Source: Steroidobacteraceae bacterium (lineage in GTDB: Bacteria; Pseudomonadota; Gammaproteobacteria; Steroidobacterales; Steroidobacteraceae). From it: 55,136 bases of DNA. Where the stretch lies: NCBI GenBank assembly GCA_044340335.1, contig JBIITU010000001.1:1-55136 (forward strand). The letters are read 5' to 3'. Every line of letters starts with the position of its first letter. Positions within the stretch are counted from its first letter, which is position 1. Under the pieces are notes generated by a model that saw nothing but the letters and a program-made list of their open reading frames with translations, searched no databases and had not been told where the DNA came from. Below, in pieces: positions 1-8,776 of this stretch. The position numbers and the translations under genes were made by a program.

Positions 1-61
1 TCACGCAACTAGCCTAGCGCGACGTGCAAGCGTCCGCCACGCCGGGGCCCGGGTTGTCAGT

Positions 62-535
62 ATGATGCCGGCGATGGAACAGCAACGGATCGGATCGGCG
101 GGTGAGCGCTGGCAGTTCGTCGGGGTCGTGCGCTGCCTGCCGGTGGCGGGTCATGGCTGGCGGCTGCTGGGCATGGAGCACGGCGGCTCGGCTGCGGTCG
201 GACCGCAGCACGCAGGTTCGCAGCTCATCATCGATATCGTCGCGGACGACGCCACGTCGCGCGGGCTGGCCGAAGTCGCGACGACCGCACTGCGCGATGT
301 CGTGCTGCAACGGCAGCCCGGGTGCGGCACCGACTGGTGGCTTGAAGCAGGCGGCAAGCGCTGGCTGCTGGCCGCAGTGAAGGTGTTCGCGCACCGGGAT
401 ATCGGCAAGCAGGCAGTCGCGGCGATTCCGCCGCGACGGGTGTCGCTGCGTAAACGCGTGTTCTGGTCGACGCTGCTGACGGTGCTGCGGACCGACGCAG
501 GGCGGCGCTGGGTGCGGCGCCGTTACGGCGTCTGA
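62..535 (+). CDS. hypothetical protein (157 aa)
   Basis: Open frame with strong third-position GC bias. It ends 24 nt upstream of the next same-strand gene. I recognise no family. The antisense ORF 14..541 looks like a GC artefact. Confidence 0.45.
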   Translation: MMPAMEQQRIGSAGERWQFVGVVRCLPVAGHGWRLLGMEHGGSAAVGPQHAGSQLIIDIVADDATSRGLAEVATTALRDVVLQRQPGCGTDWWLEAGGKRWLLAAVKVFAHRDIGKQAVAAIPPRRVSLRKRVFWSTLLTVLRTDAGRRWVRRRYGV

Positions 536-558
536 AGGCAATCTCGGGAGTCAATGCT

Positions 559-999
559 ATGCAATGGGGCTTGGTGCTGCTGATGGTCGCGGCGGGCGCC
601 GGACTGGTGATCCAGACGGCGATGAACGCCAGTCTCGGTAGTGCGCTGGGCCGGCCGATTCTCGGCGCCACGATGAACTTCATCGTCGGTCTCGGTGCGC
701 TGCTGCTTTTCGTGCTCGCAACCCGCACGCCGATGCCGACGCGTGAGATGGTGGGACATGCGCCCGCGTGGGTCTGGTTCGGTGGCCTGATGGGCGCGCT
801 ATACGTGGCGACCCTGACGGTTGCCGGGCCGCGGCTCGGCGCGATCGCGGTGCTGGCGCTGTCCGTGGCAGGTCAGCTCGTCGCGTCAGTGATCGTCGAT
901 CACTTCGGGCTGCTGGGCTTCCCGCAACAGCCGGTAGGTCTCGTGAAAGTCATCGGGGTGCTGCTGGTCTGCGCGGGCGTGCTCCTCGTACTGCGCTAG
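559..999 (+). CDS. DMT-superfamily inner membrane protein, DUF606/YdcZ-like
   Basis: 146 aa and almost entirely hydrophobic, with 4-5 predicted TM helices. GGGAG lies 8 nt upstream of the ATG. Resembles YdcZ/DUF606 transporters. Confidence 0.8.
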   Translation: MQWGLVLLMVAAGAGLVIQTAMNASLGSALGRPILGATMNFIVGLGALLLFVLATRTPMPTREMVGHAPAWVWFGGLMGALYVATLTVAGPRLGAIAVLALSVAGQLVASVIVDHFGLLGFPQQPVGLVKVIGVLLVCAGVLLVLR

Positions 1000-1015
1000 C
1001 GCTTCGGCCAAGCGC
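999..1015. terminator. short GC hairpin in a 20-nt convergent gap (possible bidirectional terminator)
   Basis: GCGCTT-cggcc-AAGCGC is a perfect 6-bp stem lying between the stop codons at 997-999 (+) and 1020-1022 (-). There is no U-tract. Confidence 0.3.
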
Positions 1016-1019
1016 GCGG

Positions 1020-3659
1020 TCAATCCACACGCACCCGCAACTGCAGCTCGAAGCTGGGTTCACCACTGCCGCTGTTGGCCGCCATCGCGCCCGTCGGGCG
1101 CACGCGCAAGTGCGTGACCGCGGCATCACAGCCGTCGGCGTCGGGAGTGGGCACGTAGCCCCAGGTCACACCGCCATCGTTCGAGAAATCGAGCGAATCC
1201 GCACCGCTCGACAGCGCTACGAAACTGTATCCCAACGCGCTGGACGGTGCGCCATCGACGAACTGCACCGGCCCCGAGCCCGGTGCGCCGATATCGAGCA
1301 CGAACAGCTTCGTGTCGACCGGTATCGCATCGATGACCATGATGCTGTCGGCATCGACTGGTCCAGTGCCCTGGTTGGCGACGCGTATCGAGTAGCGCTG
1401 CACCGAGCCGGGAATGCTGCGTGGGTTGGTCGTGCCGTTGAACGGGTCGCTGAGTACCGTCACGGTCTTCGTGTGCACGAGTGCAGGCCCGCCCGTCACG
1501 ATGACATTGCCGGAGAACTCGCTGGTCTGGCCGGCGAGCGTCGCCGTCGCAGTCAAGGTCGTGCCGACCACGACGCCGGGCGGCACAGGCAGGCGGAACG
1601 CGAAGCGCGCTGTCGTATCGCTGCCCTGCGGCAGGCCGTTGATCGGGCCGGGACCATAGCTGCCGGTGCCGGCGTCGAAATCGGCAGCGCTGCCCTCGAG
1701 CAGCGTCACCGTGTAGCCAAGTCCCTCGCCGAAGCCGGTGGGATCGGGTGCCGCGATGTACAGCTCCATGGCGCTGCCCGGGCGCGCGAAGCCGGCGAGC
1801 GACAGCTCGCCGCCGGCGAGCACGGCGCTCGTGATCACCGGGAAGTTCAGCAGCCCGTTGGGCCCGCTGTCGGTGTCGCCAGCATCGTTCAGCGTCACGC
1901 CCTGACCTGCGACGAGTCCGTTCGGGTCGCGCGTGTTGGGGTCCAGGTCGATCGCCAGTCCACCATTGCCGCTGAACGCGTTCTGGCTGGCGATCACGCC
2001 GTTGGCGTTCAGCACGATGAGCCCGGGACCTGCGTTGCCAGTGACGACGTTGCGCGACATCACGACGTTGCTGCCGGTGAAGTTGTAGGCGACGAGACCG
2101 ATAGGTTCCGTGGATGGGGTCGTGCCGCTCGTGAAGCCGTTGTTGCGCACGGTGTTGTTCGACACCAGCACGTTGCTGTAGAGGTTCGATGGGGCGCCGA
2201 AGCCCAGTTCGATGCCGCCGCCGCGCTGGTCGCGCACCAGGTTGTGCAGGATCTGCGTGCCGACGGCGCCGTTGATCAGCAGGATGCCGTCGTAGGTCAG
2301 GGTGTGGCCCGAAGCCGGTCGCGCGACCTCGTTGTGTGAGATCACGCTGCCGTTGCCGCCGCCGTCGCTGCGGATCGCGGAGTTGTTGACCGTGACGAAG
2401 TTGTTGCGAATCGTGACATTGGGCGCAGAGAACGTGATGCCGTAGAAGGCGCCAGCCGTGTCGCTGCTCGAGCCGGTGGCGGTCATGCCGACGAGGTTGT
2501 TGCGCGCGATGCCGTTCGCGCCGGCGAGCGACAGGTAGCCCTGCCGCACGGCAAAGCCATGGATCGCGCTGCCGGCACCGGAGATCGTGACCGGCGCGCC
2601 GCTCGCTGCGGCGTTGATCTGCACTTCGGGCCGCTGCAGCAGCGGCAGGGCTTCCGGAACCACGCCGACTGTGCCGCCGCTGCCGAGGGTGCCGGCGTTC
2701 GTATCGCCGATGTTGACGGTCTGCGTGGTTGCGTCGAGGCGCGTCGCGCCGCTGGTCAGGGTCGGCAACGCCGTGGCCAGCGTGATCTGCGCGATGCCGG
2801 CGCTCAGCTGCGCGGCGGGGATCATGAAGATGCTGGTGTCGGCGCCGGCTGGCACAGTGGTCGTCGTGCCGTCGATGAGCCCGGCACCGGCTTGCGCCAG
2901 CCCGGCATCATCACCGAGCGCGTTCGCGTTGATGATGAACTGCCGCAGCGTGCCCTGGCAGGGAAAGTTCGTGCTGCCGCTGCCGCCAGGCGCGCAACTT
3001 GCGGCATCGCGCGTGCTCGTGATCGTGCTGAAGCTGAAACCGAAGTCGGCCCCATCCACGATCGAAGCATTGGTCACAGGGTCGAACGTCGCGATGGACT
3101 GCGCCGTCTGCGACGCCGTCGTCAACGAGCCGAGCGTCGCGGAGCTGGTGTTCGAGGCGGCGTCCACCAGTGCCGGGTTCTCCCCGCCGACGCGATTGCT
3201 GACGGGCAGTGCCGTATCGCCAGAGCCCGTCGTGCGGAAGGTCTGCACGGCAACGCAGGTCGTGCATGCCGCGCCACCGGCGCGCTCCGAGCGCAGCGTG
3301 CCATTGACGACGCGCACCGTGCGCGGGGTATTGCCAGTGTAGGTGAAGCTGTAGCGACCATCGGCGTCCGTGGTCGTCGCAGTCACGAACGTATTGCCGT
3401 TGTAGAGCTCGACCCGGACGCCGGCCACGCCGGCCACTTGGCCGCCCGCGCTCGCGAGGTCGCGGCCGGCGCCGCCGCCGTAGTTGCGGTCCTCGAAGAC
3501 CGTGCCGCGAATGGTGGCCGCAAACGCCGGGGCGACCACGAACGCCAGCAACAGGCCAAGCGCAGCCGCGCGGCGGGCCGTGGGGCGGCGCGGTCGGGCC
3601 CGCGGTCCGGGCGATGCCAGGGCGGGGGCCATGGCGGTGGGCGTGGCTGGGGTCAGCAT
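1020..3659 (-). CDS. large secreted surface/adhesin-like protein: SdrD-B/Cna-B-like domain, CSLREA-like motif, parallel beta-helix repeats and a C-terminal DUF11-like domain
   Basis: Signal peptide RRAAALGLLLAFVVAPAFAA. TIRGTVFEDRNYGGG...DADGRYSF resembles an SdrD B-type fold. PCQGTLRQFIINAN resembles the CSLREA motif. Many NN-x-V/I-x-x-N beta-helix turns. The C-terminal segment VTVLSDPFNG...YSIRVANQGTGPVD is DUF11-like. The start is uncertain; the maximal ORF reaches 3710. Confidence 0.85.
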   Translation of the reverse strand: MLTPATPTAMAPALASPGPRARPRRPTARRAAALGLLLAFVVAPAFAATIRGTVFEDRNYGGGAGRDLASAGGQVAGVAGVRVELYNGNTFVTATTTDADGRYSFTYTGNTPRTVRVVNGTLRSERAGGAACTTCVAVQTFRTTGSGDTALPVSNRVGGENPALVDAASNTSSATLGSLTTASQTAQSIATFDPVTNASIVDGADFGFSFSTITSTRDAASCAPGGSGSTNFPCQGTLRQFIINANALGDDAGLAQAGAGLIDGTTTTVPAGADTSIFMIPAAQLSAGIAQITLATALPTLTSGATRLDATTQTVNIGDTNAGTLGSGGTVGVVPEALPLLQRPEVQINAAASGAPVTISGAGSAIHGFAVRQGYLSLAGANGIARNNLVGMTATGSSSDTAGAFYGITFSAPNVTIRNNFVTVNNSAIRSDGGGNGSVISHNEVARPASGHTLTYDGILLINGAVGTQILHNLVRDQRGGGIELGFGAPSNLYSNVLVSNNTVRNNGFTSGTTPSTEPIGLVAYNFTGSNVVMSRNVVTGNAGPGLIVLNANGVIASQNAFSGNGGLAIDLDPNTRDPNGLVAGQGVTLNDAGDTDSGPNGLLNFPVITSAVLAGGELSLAGFARPGSAMELYIAAPDPTGFGEGLGYTVTLLEGSAADFDAGTGSYGPGPINGLPQGSDTTARFAFRLPVPPGVVVGTTLTATATLAGQTSEFSGNVIVTGGPALVHTKTVTVLSDPFNGTTNPRSIPGSVQRYSIRVANQGTGPVDADSIMVIDAIPVDTKLFVLDIGAPGSGPVQFVDGAPSSALGYSFVALSSGADSLDFSNDGGVTWGYVPTPDADGCDAAVTHLRVRPTGAMAANSGSGEPSFELQLRVRVD

Positions 3660-3822
3660 GCGCCGGCAGGGTAGGCGGAAAGCCCTTGCCGCACCGTCGC
3701 CGTTGGTCACATTTCGGTAAATCGGGGTCGGTGCTGAATGAAAAACCGGCTACTCCGCCCGGTCACGCCCGCCTGGAGTACGCGCCGCCCGGGGGACCGC
3801 GCGGGAGGGTTGCGGCCCGACG

Positions 3823-5148
3823 TTACGGCGCTGCCGCCATCGGGGCGGCCTGCAGGTACTCGAGCTGCGCGCGGCTCTGGTGCAGCGCGAACCGCGCCCG
3901 CTGCAACGCAGCTTCAGTCGACTGCAGCGCCTGATCGGCGGCGAGCCGATCGGCGAGCGACAGCCGGCCGGCGTCGAAGCCGCGCTGCGTCAGCGCAGCG
4001 GCGGAGCGCGCCGCGGGCGCGGCGCTTTCGTTCAGTGCGCGCAGCTCGCCGGTGGCGGCAGCATGGGCTGAACGCGCGAGCGCGAGCTCGTCGGCCAGTT
4101 CACGCTGCGCCGCGTCGAGTCCGGTCTCGGCGATCACGCGCTCGCGCCGCGCGCTGGCGCGTTCGGCGGTATTGCGATCCCACAGCGGCAGCGGCAGCGA
4201 CACGCCGAGCACGAGGGCACGGTTCTCGCCGGCCGGCGCGTCGCCGAAGCGTCGCGCTCCGAGGCTCAGCACAGGATCAGGAATGGCGCCGCGCTCCTCG
4301 AGGCGCTGCTGCGCCATAGCGGCCGCGAGCGCGGCGCGCTGCGCGCGCAGCCGCGGATGATCATCGAGTACCGCGCGGCCCGACAGCTCATCACCGGCGG
4401 TAGCCTGATCGAACCAGCTGTCGTCGAAGCGGGCCGAAACGCCGTCCGGATCGGATGTACCGAGCCAGCGGGCGAGTGCGCGGCGCGCATTCGCCGCGTC
4501 TGCCTGTGCGCGGTTCAGCGCCGCGGCAGCCTCGGCACCAGCGAGCACTGCCTGTGCGTACTGCAGCTCGGACAGCGCCCCGGCAGCGAGGCGCCGCTCG
4601 CTGGCGGCGCGCAGTGCCTGCGCATCGACGCTGCGTGCACGCGCGAGGACAGCCAGTCGTTCAGCCATGATGGCATTGGCATAGCCGATCGTGACGTCGC
4701 GCCGCGTTGCACGCTGCGCGAGCTCGAGCTCGGCGCGTGCCTGCTCGAAGCGCGCGCGTGCTGCCGCGACGCGTGCGCTGCGCTTGCCGCCGACGGTGAC
4801 GGGCTGGCGCAGGGTCACAGTCGTCTCCGCGGCGTCGAAGTCGGAGAAGGGTCCGCTTCCGAGCACGTTCTCGGTCTCGACCTCGAGCTCCGGATTCTCC
4901 GGCCAGCGGGACTGGCGCGCCGCGGCGGCGCTGGCCTCCAGATTGGCGCGCGCGATCAGCAGCTGCGGTGCGCGCTCGAGCGCCTGAGCGACCGCGGCGT
5001 CCAGCGACAGCGTCTGCGCGTCGGCCGGAGCGTCGGCCGGAGCGACGGCCGGAGCGACGGCCGCTGCGGCGGCGGGTGCCGCCGCAGACGACGCGACGCC
5101 GCACGCGAGTGCAGCCAGCAGCACCGCCGCGATGCGCTCAGTGCGCAT
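3823..5148 (-). CDS. czcC: CzcC/TolC-family outer membrane efflux lipoprotein
   Basis: Lipobox LAALAC. OEP-family repeats (LSLDAAVAQALERAPQLL...). It is the last gene of the RND metal-efflux cluster. Confidence 0.85.
   Translation of the reverse strand: MRTERIAAVLLAALACGVASSAAAPAAAAAVAPAVAPADAPADAQTLSLDAAVAQALERAPQLLIARANLEASAAAARQSRWPENPELEVETENVLGSGPFSDFDAAETTVTLRQPVTVGGKRSARVAAARARFEQARAELELAQRATRRDVTIGYANAIMAERLAVLARARSVDAQALRAASERRLAAGALSELQYAQAVLAGAEAAAALNRAQADAANARRALARWLGTSDPDGVSARFDDSWFDQATAGDELSGRAVLDDHPRLRAQRAALAAAMAQQRLEERGAIPDPVLSLGARRFGDAPAGENRALVLGVSLPLPLWDRNTAERASARRERVIAETGLDAAQRELADELALARSAHAAATGELRALNESAAPAARSAAALTQRGFDAGRLSLADRLAADQALQSTEAALQRARFALHQSRAQLEYLQAAPMAAAP
5018..5063. 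repeat. 12-nt tandem repeat (about 3.8 copies) inside the czcC 5' region
   Basis: Units gcgtcggccgga, gcgtcggccgga, gcgacggccgga and gcgacggccgc. On the minus strand they encode the (A-P-A-V/D)n linker just after the lipobox. Confidence 0.85.
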
Positions 5149-5590
5149 GCTTGCCCGCCTTCGTCGAGGTGAACCGCGCCTGTGCTGGCGGCTGGCCCGG
5201 CACGTTGAGCGCGATCAGCAGCGTCCACTGCTTCGGCAGCGGCTGGGCAGACGTCAGGATGCCCTTGCCCTTGATGGTCAGCGGAATGACGGTGGTCTTG
5301 CCGTCGGCGAGCAGCGTGGCTTTGGTGCGCGCCTTCGAAAGATCCACCGACTCGTGCTTGGCGACGCTGTGCACGTGCACTTCGAACACGTTGCCGACCG
5401 GAATCACGTGCAGATGGAAGGCGCCGACAGTGGCGTCGTAACTCGCCGAGCCGTGGTTGTGATCGTGGTCATCCTTCGGCTTCGCAGCGGCCGGCTTCGA
5501 GGCGGCGGCCGTGCTGGCACTTGCGGTCGTGGGCGCGGTGGCCAGCATCGCGGCCAGGCACAGCAGCACGGACAGTGTGGGCTTCTTCAT
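5138..5590 (-). CDS. small secreted His-rich protein, putative periplasmic metal-binding protein
   Basis: I trimmed the start to MKKPTLSVLLCLAAMLATAP, which has AAGGAG upstream. Signal peptide, then KPKDDHDHNHGS, a beta-rich body and a C-terminal KHAH. It lies between czcA and czcC and overlaps the czcC start by 11 nt. Confidence 0.7.
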   Translation of the reverse strand: MKKPTLSVLLCLAAMLATAPTTASASTAAASKPAAAKPKDDHDHNHGSASYDATVGAFHLHVIPVGNVFEVHVHSVAKHESVDLSKARTKATLLADGKTTVIPLTIKGKGILTSAQPLPKQWTLLIALNVPGQPPAQARFTSTKAGKHAH

Positions 5591-5618
5591 TGCATCACTC
5601 CTTTGATGGGACACGGAA

Positions 5619-8600
5619 TCAGTAGGCAGTCGTCGTGGCGGATTCGCCAGGCTGCGCGACCGCGCGAGCCTCGCGTGCTTCGTGGGCCTCGTCGGCGAGT
5701 CGGCGCACTGCAGCAGCACCGAAGCGCTCGAGCAGCAGCGGCGTGACGAGCGCATCCAGCAGCGTCGCGGTGATCAGTCCGCCGAAGATCGTCACGGCAA
5801 CCGGATGCAGGATCTCCTTGCCGGGTTCGTCGGCGCCGATCAGCAGCGGAATCAGTGCCACGCCAGCGGCAACGGCCGTCATCAGCACGGGCGTCATGCG
5901 CTCGAGGCAGGCGCGACGGATCGTCGCGCGATCAAACGGTTGTCCCTCCAGCAGCACCAGATTCAGCGTGTGGCTGATCTTGAGGATGCCGTTGCGCGCC
6001 GTGATGCCGGTCAGCGTGATGAAGCCAACCATGGTCGCAACGGACAGGTCGAGCCCGGCAATCAGGATCGCCCCGACGGAACCGACGAGCGCCAGCGGCA
6101 CGTTGCCCATGACGATCAGCGCCAGCGGTGCAGACCGGTAGCGTGAGTACAGGACCAGGAAGATCAGCGCGAACGACACCAGCGACAACATCAGGATGGT
6201 GCGCGCGGCCTCCTGCTGGGCGCGGAACTGGCCCTCGATGCGCAGCGTGTAGCCGGGGGGCAGGTCGAGCGCGGTCAGGCGCTGCTGCATGGCGGCGACG
6301 ACGCGATCGGCGCCGCCACCCTCGAGGTTTGCCGACACGACGATGCGACGGCGCCCGTCTTCGCGCTGGATCTGGTTCGGTCCGTCCGCCGCTTCGATGC
6401 TGGCGAGCCGTGCGAGCGGCACGGCGCCGCGCGGCGTATCGATCAGCAGCGATTCGAGCGCTTCGCGGCTGCGTGCATCATCGCCCAGCTGCAGCGTGAC
6501 GCCGAAGCGCCGTGAACCGTCGATGACCTCGGCGACGCGCTCGCCGCCGGCCAGCAGTTCGATCCGTGCACCCACCTGCGCCGGGGTGACGCCGTGCCAG
6601 CGCGCTGCGTCCTCATCGACACGCACGTGGATCTCGGGCGCGCGCACCTGACGCTCGACCCGAAGGTCGACCAGGCCCGGCGTGTCGCTGACCAGAGTTT
6701 CGACCTGCGCTGCCAGTCCCCTCAGTGCATCCAGATCGTCGCCCGCGATCTTGACCACGACCTGCGCCTGCACGCCCGACAGCAGGTGATCGAGGCGGTG
6801 GCTGATCGGCTGGCCGAGCGAGATCGACGCGGGCAACACCCCGAGCCGGTTGCGGATGTCGGCGAGGACGTCGTCATAGTCGCGGCCGCCGTCGGCGATC
6901 TTGACGTCGATCTCGTTGAAGTGCACGCCCTCGGCGTGCTCGTCGAGTTCGGCCCGCCCCGTGCGCCGCCCCACCGAAATGACCTCGGGCACGCCCGAGA
7001 TGATGCGTTCAGCTTCGGTGCCCAGTCGCTCGGAGTCGCTGAGCGCGATCCCGGGCATGAAGATCACCGACACCAGCGCGGAGCCTTCGTTGAAGGCGGG
7101 CAGGAAGCTGCGCGGCAACTGCAGGGCGCCGATGATCGCGATCAGCACCGCTGCCGCCGCGGTCGCGAGCACGCGCAACGGCCGCGGTTGCGCCCAGTCG
7201 AGCAGGCGGTTGTAGCGCCGCTTGAGCCAGCGCACGAGGCCGCTCTCGGATTCCTCGAGGTGCTTGATGCCGGGCAGCAGCCAGTAGCACAGCACCGGCG
7301 TCAGCGTCACGGACACCAGCAGGCTCGCGAGGATGGAAACGATGTAGGCGACGCCGAGCGGGGCGAACAGCTGGCCCTCGATGCCGGACAGCGCGAACAG
7401 CGGTACGAACACCAGCACGATGATCAGCGTTGCGTAGAAGATGCCGGAGCGCACTTCCTGGCTCGCTCCGGCGACGACCTGCAGCAATGGCCGCGGCACT
7501 GCTCGCTCGCGGTTTTCGCGCAGCCGCCGGAACGTGTTCTCGACGTCGACGACGGCATCATCGACCAGCTCGCCGATCGCGATCGCGAGCCCGCCCAGCG
7601 TCATCGTGTTGATCGACAGGTCGAAGAACCAGAACACGATCGCGGTGATCGCGATCGACATCGGAATCGCGAGCAGCGAGATCAGCGTGGTGCGCACGTT
7701 GAGCAGGAAGGCGAACAGCACGATCGTGACGCACAACAGTGCCTCGAACAGCACCTTCTGCACGTTCCAGATCGAGGTCTCGATGAAGTCGGCCTGGCGG
7801 AACTGCACGGCCACGGTCGTGATCTCGGGCGGCATGGCCGTGCGCAGCGTGTCGATCTGGCGCTCGATCTCGCGCGTCAGCGCCACCGTGTCGACGCCCG
7901 GCTGCTTCTGGATGCCGAGGATCACGGCCGGCATGCCCTCGTAGCCGGCGCTGCCGCGCCGCGGGCGGGCGGCGAAGCCGACGTCGGCGACGGCGTTCAG
8001 CAGTACCGGCGCGCCGTTGCGCATCGCGACGACCAGCGCCGCCAGCGACTCGGGGTCGCGGGCGCGGCCGAGCGTGCGGATCACGTACTCCTGCGACAGC
8101 TGGTCGATGAAGCCGCCGCCGGTGTTGCTCGCGAAGCCGCGCACGGCGGCTTCGACTTCATCCAGCGTGATACCCAGCGCGCGCATCCGCGCTGGATCCG
8201 GCGTGATGCGAAACTCACGGACTTCACCGCCGATCGGAATGACCTGCGCCACGCCCGGGATCGCGAGCAGCTTCGGGCGGACGGTGAAGTCGGCGGTCTC
8301 GCGCAGCACCATGGGTTCGGCCTGCGGGCCGGCCAGCGCCAGCAGCATGATCTCGCCCATCACGGAGCTGATAGGTCCGATCGCCGGCACCACTTCTTCC
8401 GGCATCTGCGCAGCGACGGTGCCGAGACGTTCGGCGACCTGCTGGCGCGCGCGGTAGATGTCGTAGTTCCATTCGAACTCGACGAAGATGAACGACAGGC
8501 CGAGGCTCGACGTGGAGCGCACGCGCGTCACGCCGGGCAGACCCTGCATCGCCGTTTCGATCGGGAAACTGACGAGCTGCTCGACTTCCTCGGCCGCGAG

Positions 8601-8765
8601 GCCGTGCGACTCGGTCTGGATGGTGACGGTCGGCCGGTTCAGGTTCGGCAGCACGTCGACCTGCAGCTGCGGGATCACGAGGCTGCCGATCAGCATCAGC
8701 AGCACCGCGCCCGCGAGCACGAACACGCGGTGCCGCAGGCTGGCGGTGACGATCAGGTTGAACAT
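5619..8765 (-). CDS. czcA: CzcA/CusA-family heavy-metal efflux RND permease
   Basis: 1048 aa. The N-terminus MFNLIVTASLRHRVFVL and the 12-TM/large-loop layout are typical of HME-RND pumps. The ORF-track N-terminal extension (to 9008) overlaps czcB and was rejected. Confidence 0.95.
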   Translation of the reverse strand: MFNLIVTASLRHRVFVLAGAVLLMLIGSLVIPQLQVDVLPNLNRPTVTIQTESHGLAAEEVEQLVSFPIETAMQGLPGVTRVRSTSSLGLSFIFVEFEWNYDIYRARQQVAERLGTVAAQMPEEVVPAIGPISSVMGEIMLLALAGPQAEPMVLRETADFTVRPKLLAIPGVAQVIPIGGEVREFRITPDPARMRALGITLDEVEAAVRGFASNTGGGFIDQLSQEYVIRTLGRARDPESLAALVVAMRNGAPVLLNAVADVGFAARPRRGSAGYEGMPAVILGIQKQPGVDTVALTREIERQIDTLRTAMPPEITTVAVQFRQADFIETSIWNVQKVLFEALLCVTIVLFAFLLNVRTTLISLLAIPMSIAITAIVFWFFDLSINTMTLGGLAIAIGELVDDAVVDVENTFRRLRENRERAVPRPLLQVVAGASQEVRSGIFYATLIIVLVFVPLFALSGIEGQLFAPLGVAYIVSILASLLVSVTLTPVLCYWLLPGIKHLEESESGLVRWLKRRYNRLLDWAQPRPLRVLATAAAAVLIAIIGALQLPRSFLPAFNEGSALVSVIFMPGIALSDSERLGTEAERIISGVPEVISVGRRTGRAELDEHAEGVHFNEIDVKIADGGRDYDDVLADIRNRLGVLPASISLGQPISHRLDHLLSGVQAQVVVKIAGDDLDALRGLAAQVETLVSDTPGLVDLRVERQVRAPEIHVRVDEDAARWHGVTPAQVGARIELLAGGERVAEVIDGSRRFGVTLQLGDDARSREALESLLIDTPRGAVPLARLASIEAADGPNQIQREDGRRRIVVSANLEGGGADRVVAAMQQRLTALDLPPGYTLRIEGQFRAQQEAARTILMLSLVSFALIFLVLYSRYRSAPLALIVMGNVPLALVGSVGAILIAGLDLSVATMVGFITLTGITARNGILKISHTLNLVLLEGQPFDRATIRRACLERMTPVLMTAVAAGVALIPLLIGADEPGKEILHPVAVTIFGGLITATLLDALVTPLLLERFGAAAVRRLADEAHEAREARAVAQPGESATTTAY

Positions 8766-8776
8766 GGCGGCGGTCC

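Noticed and set aside
768-2339. Long ORFs antisense to, or out of frame with, recognisable genes. Examples: 768..2339(+), 2559..3674(+), 6594..9023(+), 9548..11134(+), 12395..14290(-), 15371..17017(-), 16729..17826(-), 18930..20291(-), 20135..21595(-), 21810..23999(+), 24426..25766(-), 25757..27115(-), 36058..38346(+), 38789..40548(+), 41477..43693(+), 44060..45841(+), 48039..49013(-), 52134..53183(+).
   Set aside because: Their translations are Arg/Ala/Gly/Pro-rich and show no recognisable domains. Each mirrors a well-supported gene on the other strand or in another frame. Such stop-free shadow frames are expected at about 70% G+C.
3711-3822. Possible terminator hairpin (GGGACCGC...GCGGCCC) downstream of czcC.
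   Set aside because: The stem is imperfect with a bulge and an 11-nt loop, and it has no U-tract. It is not distinguishable from background GC-rich self-complementarity.
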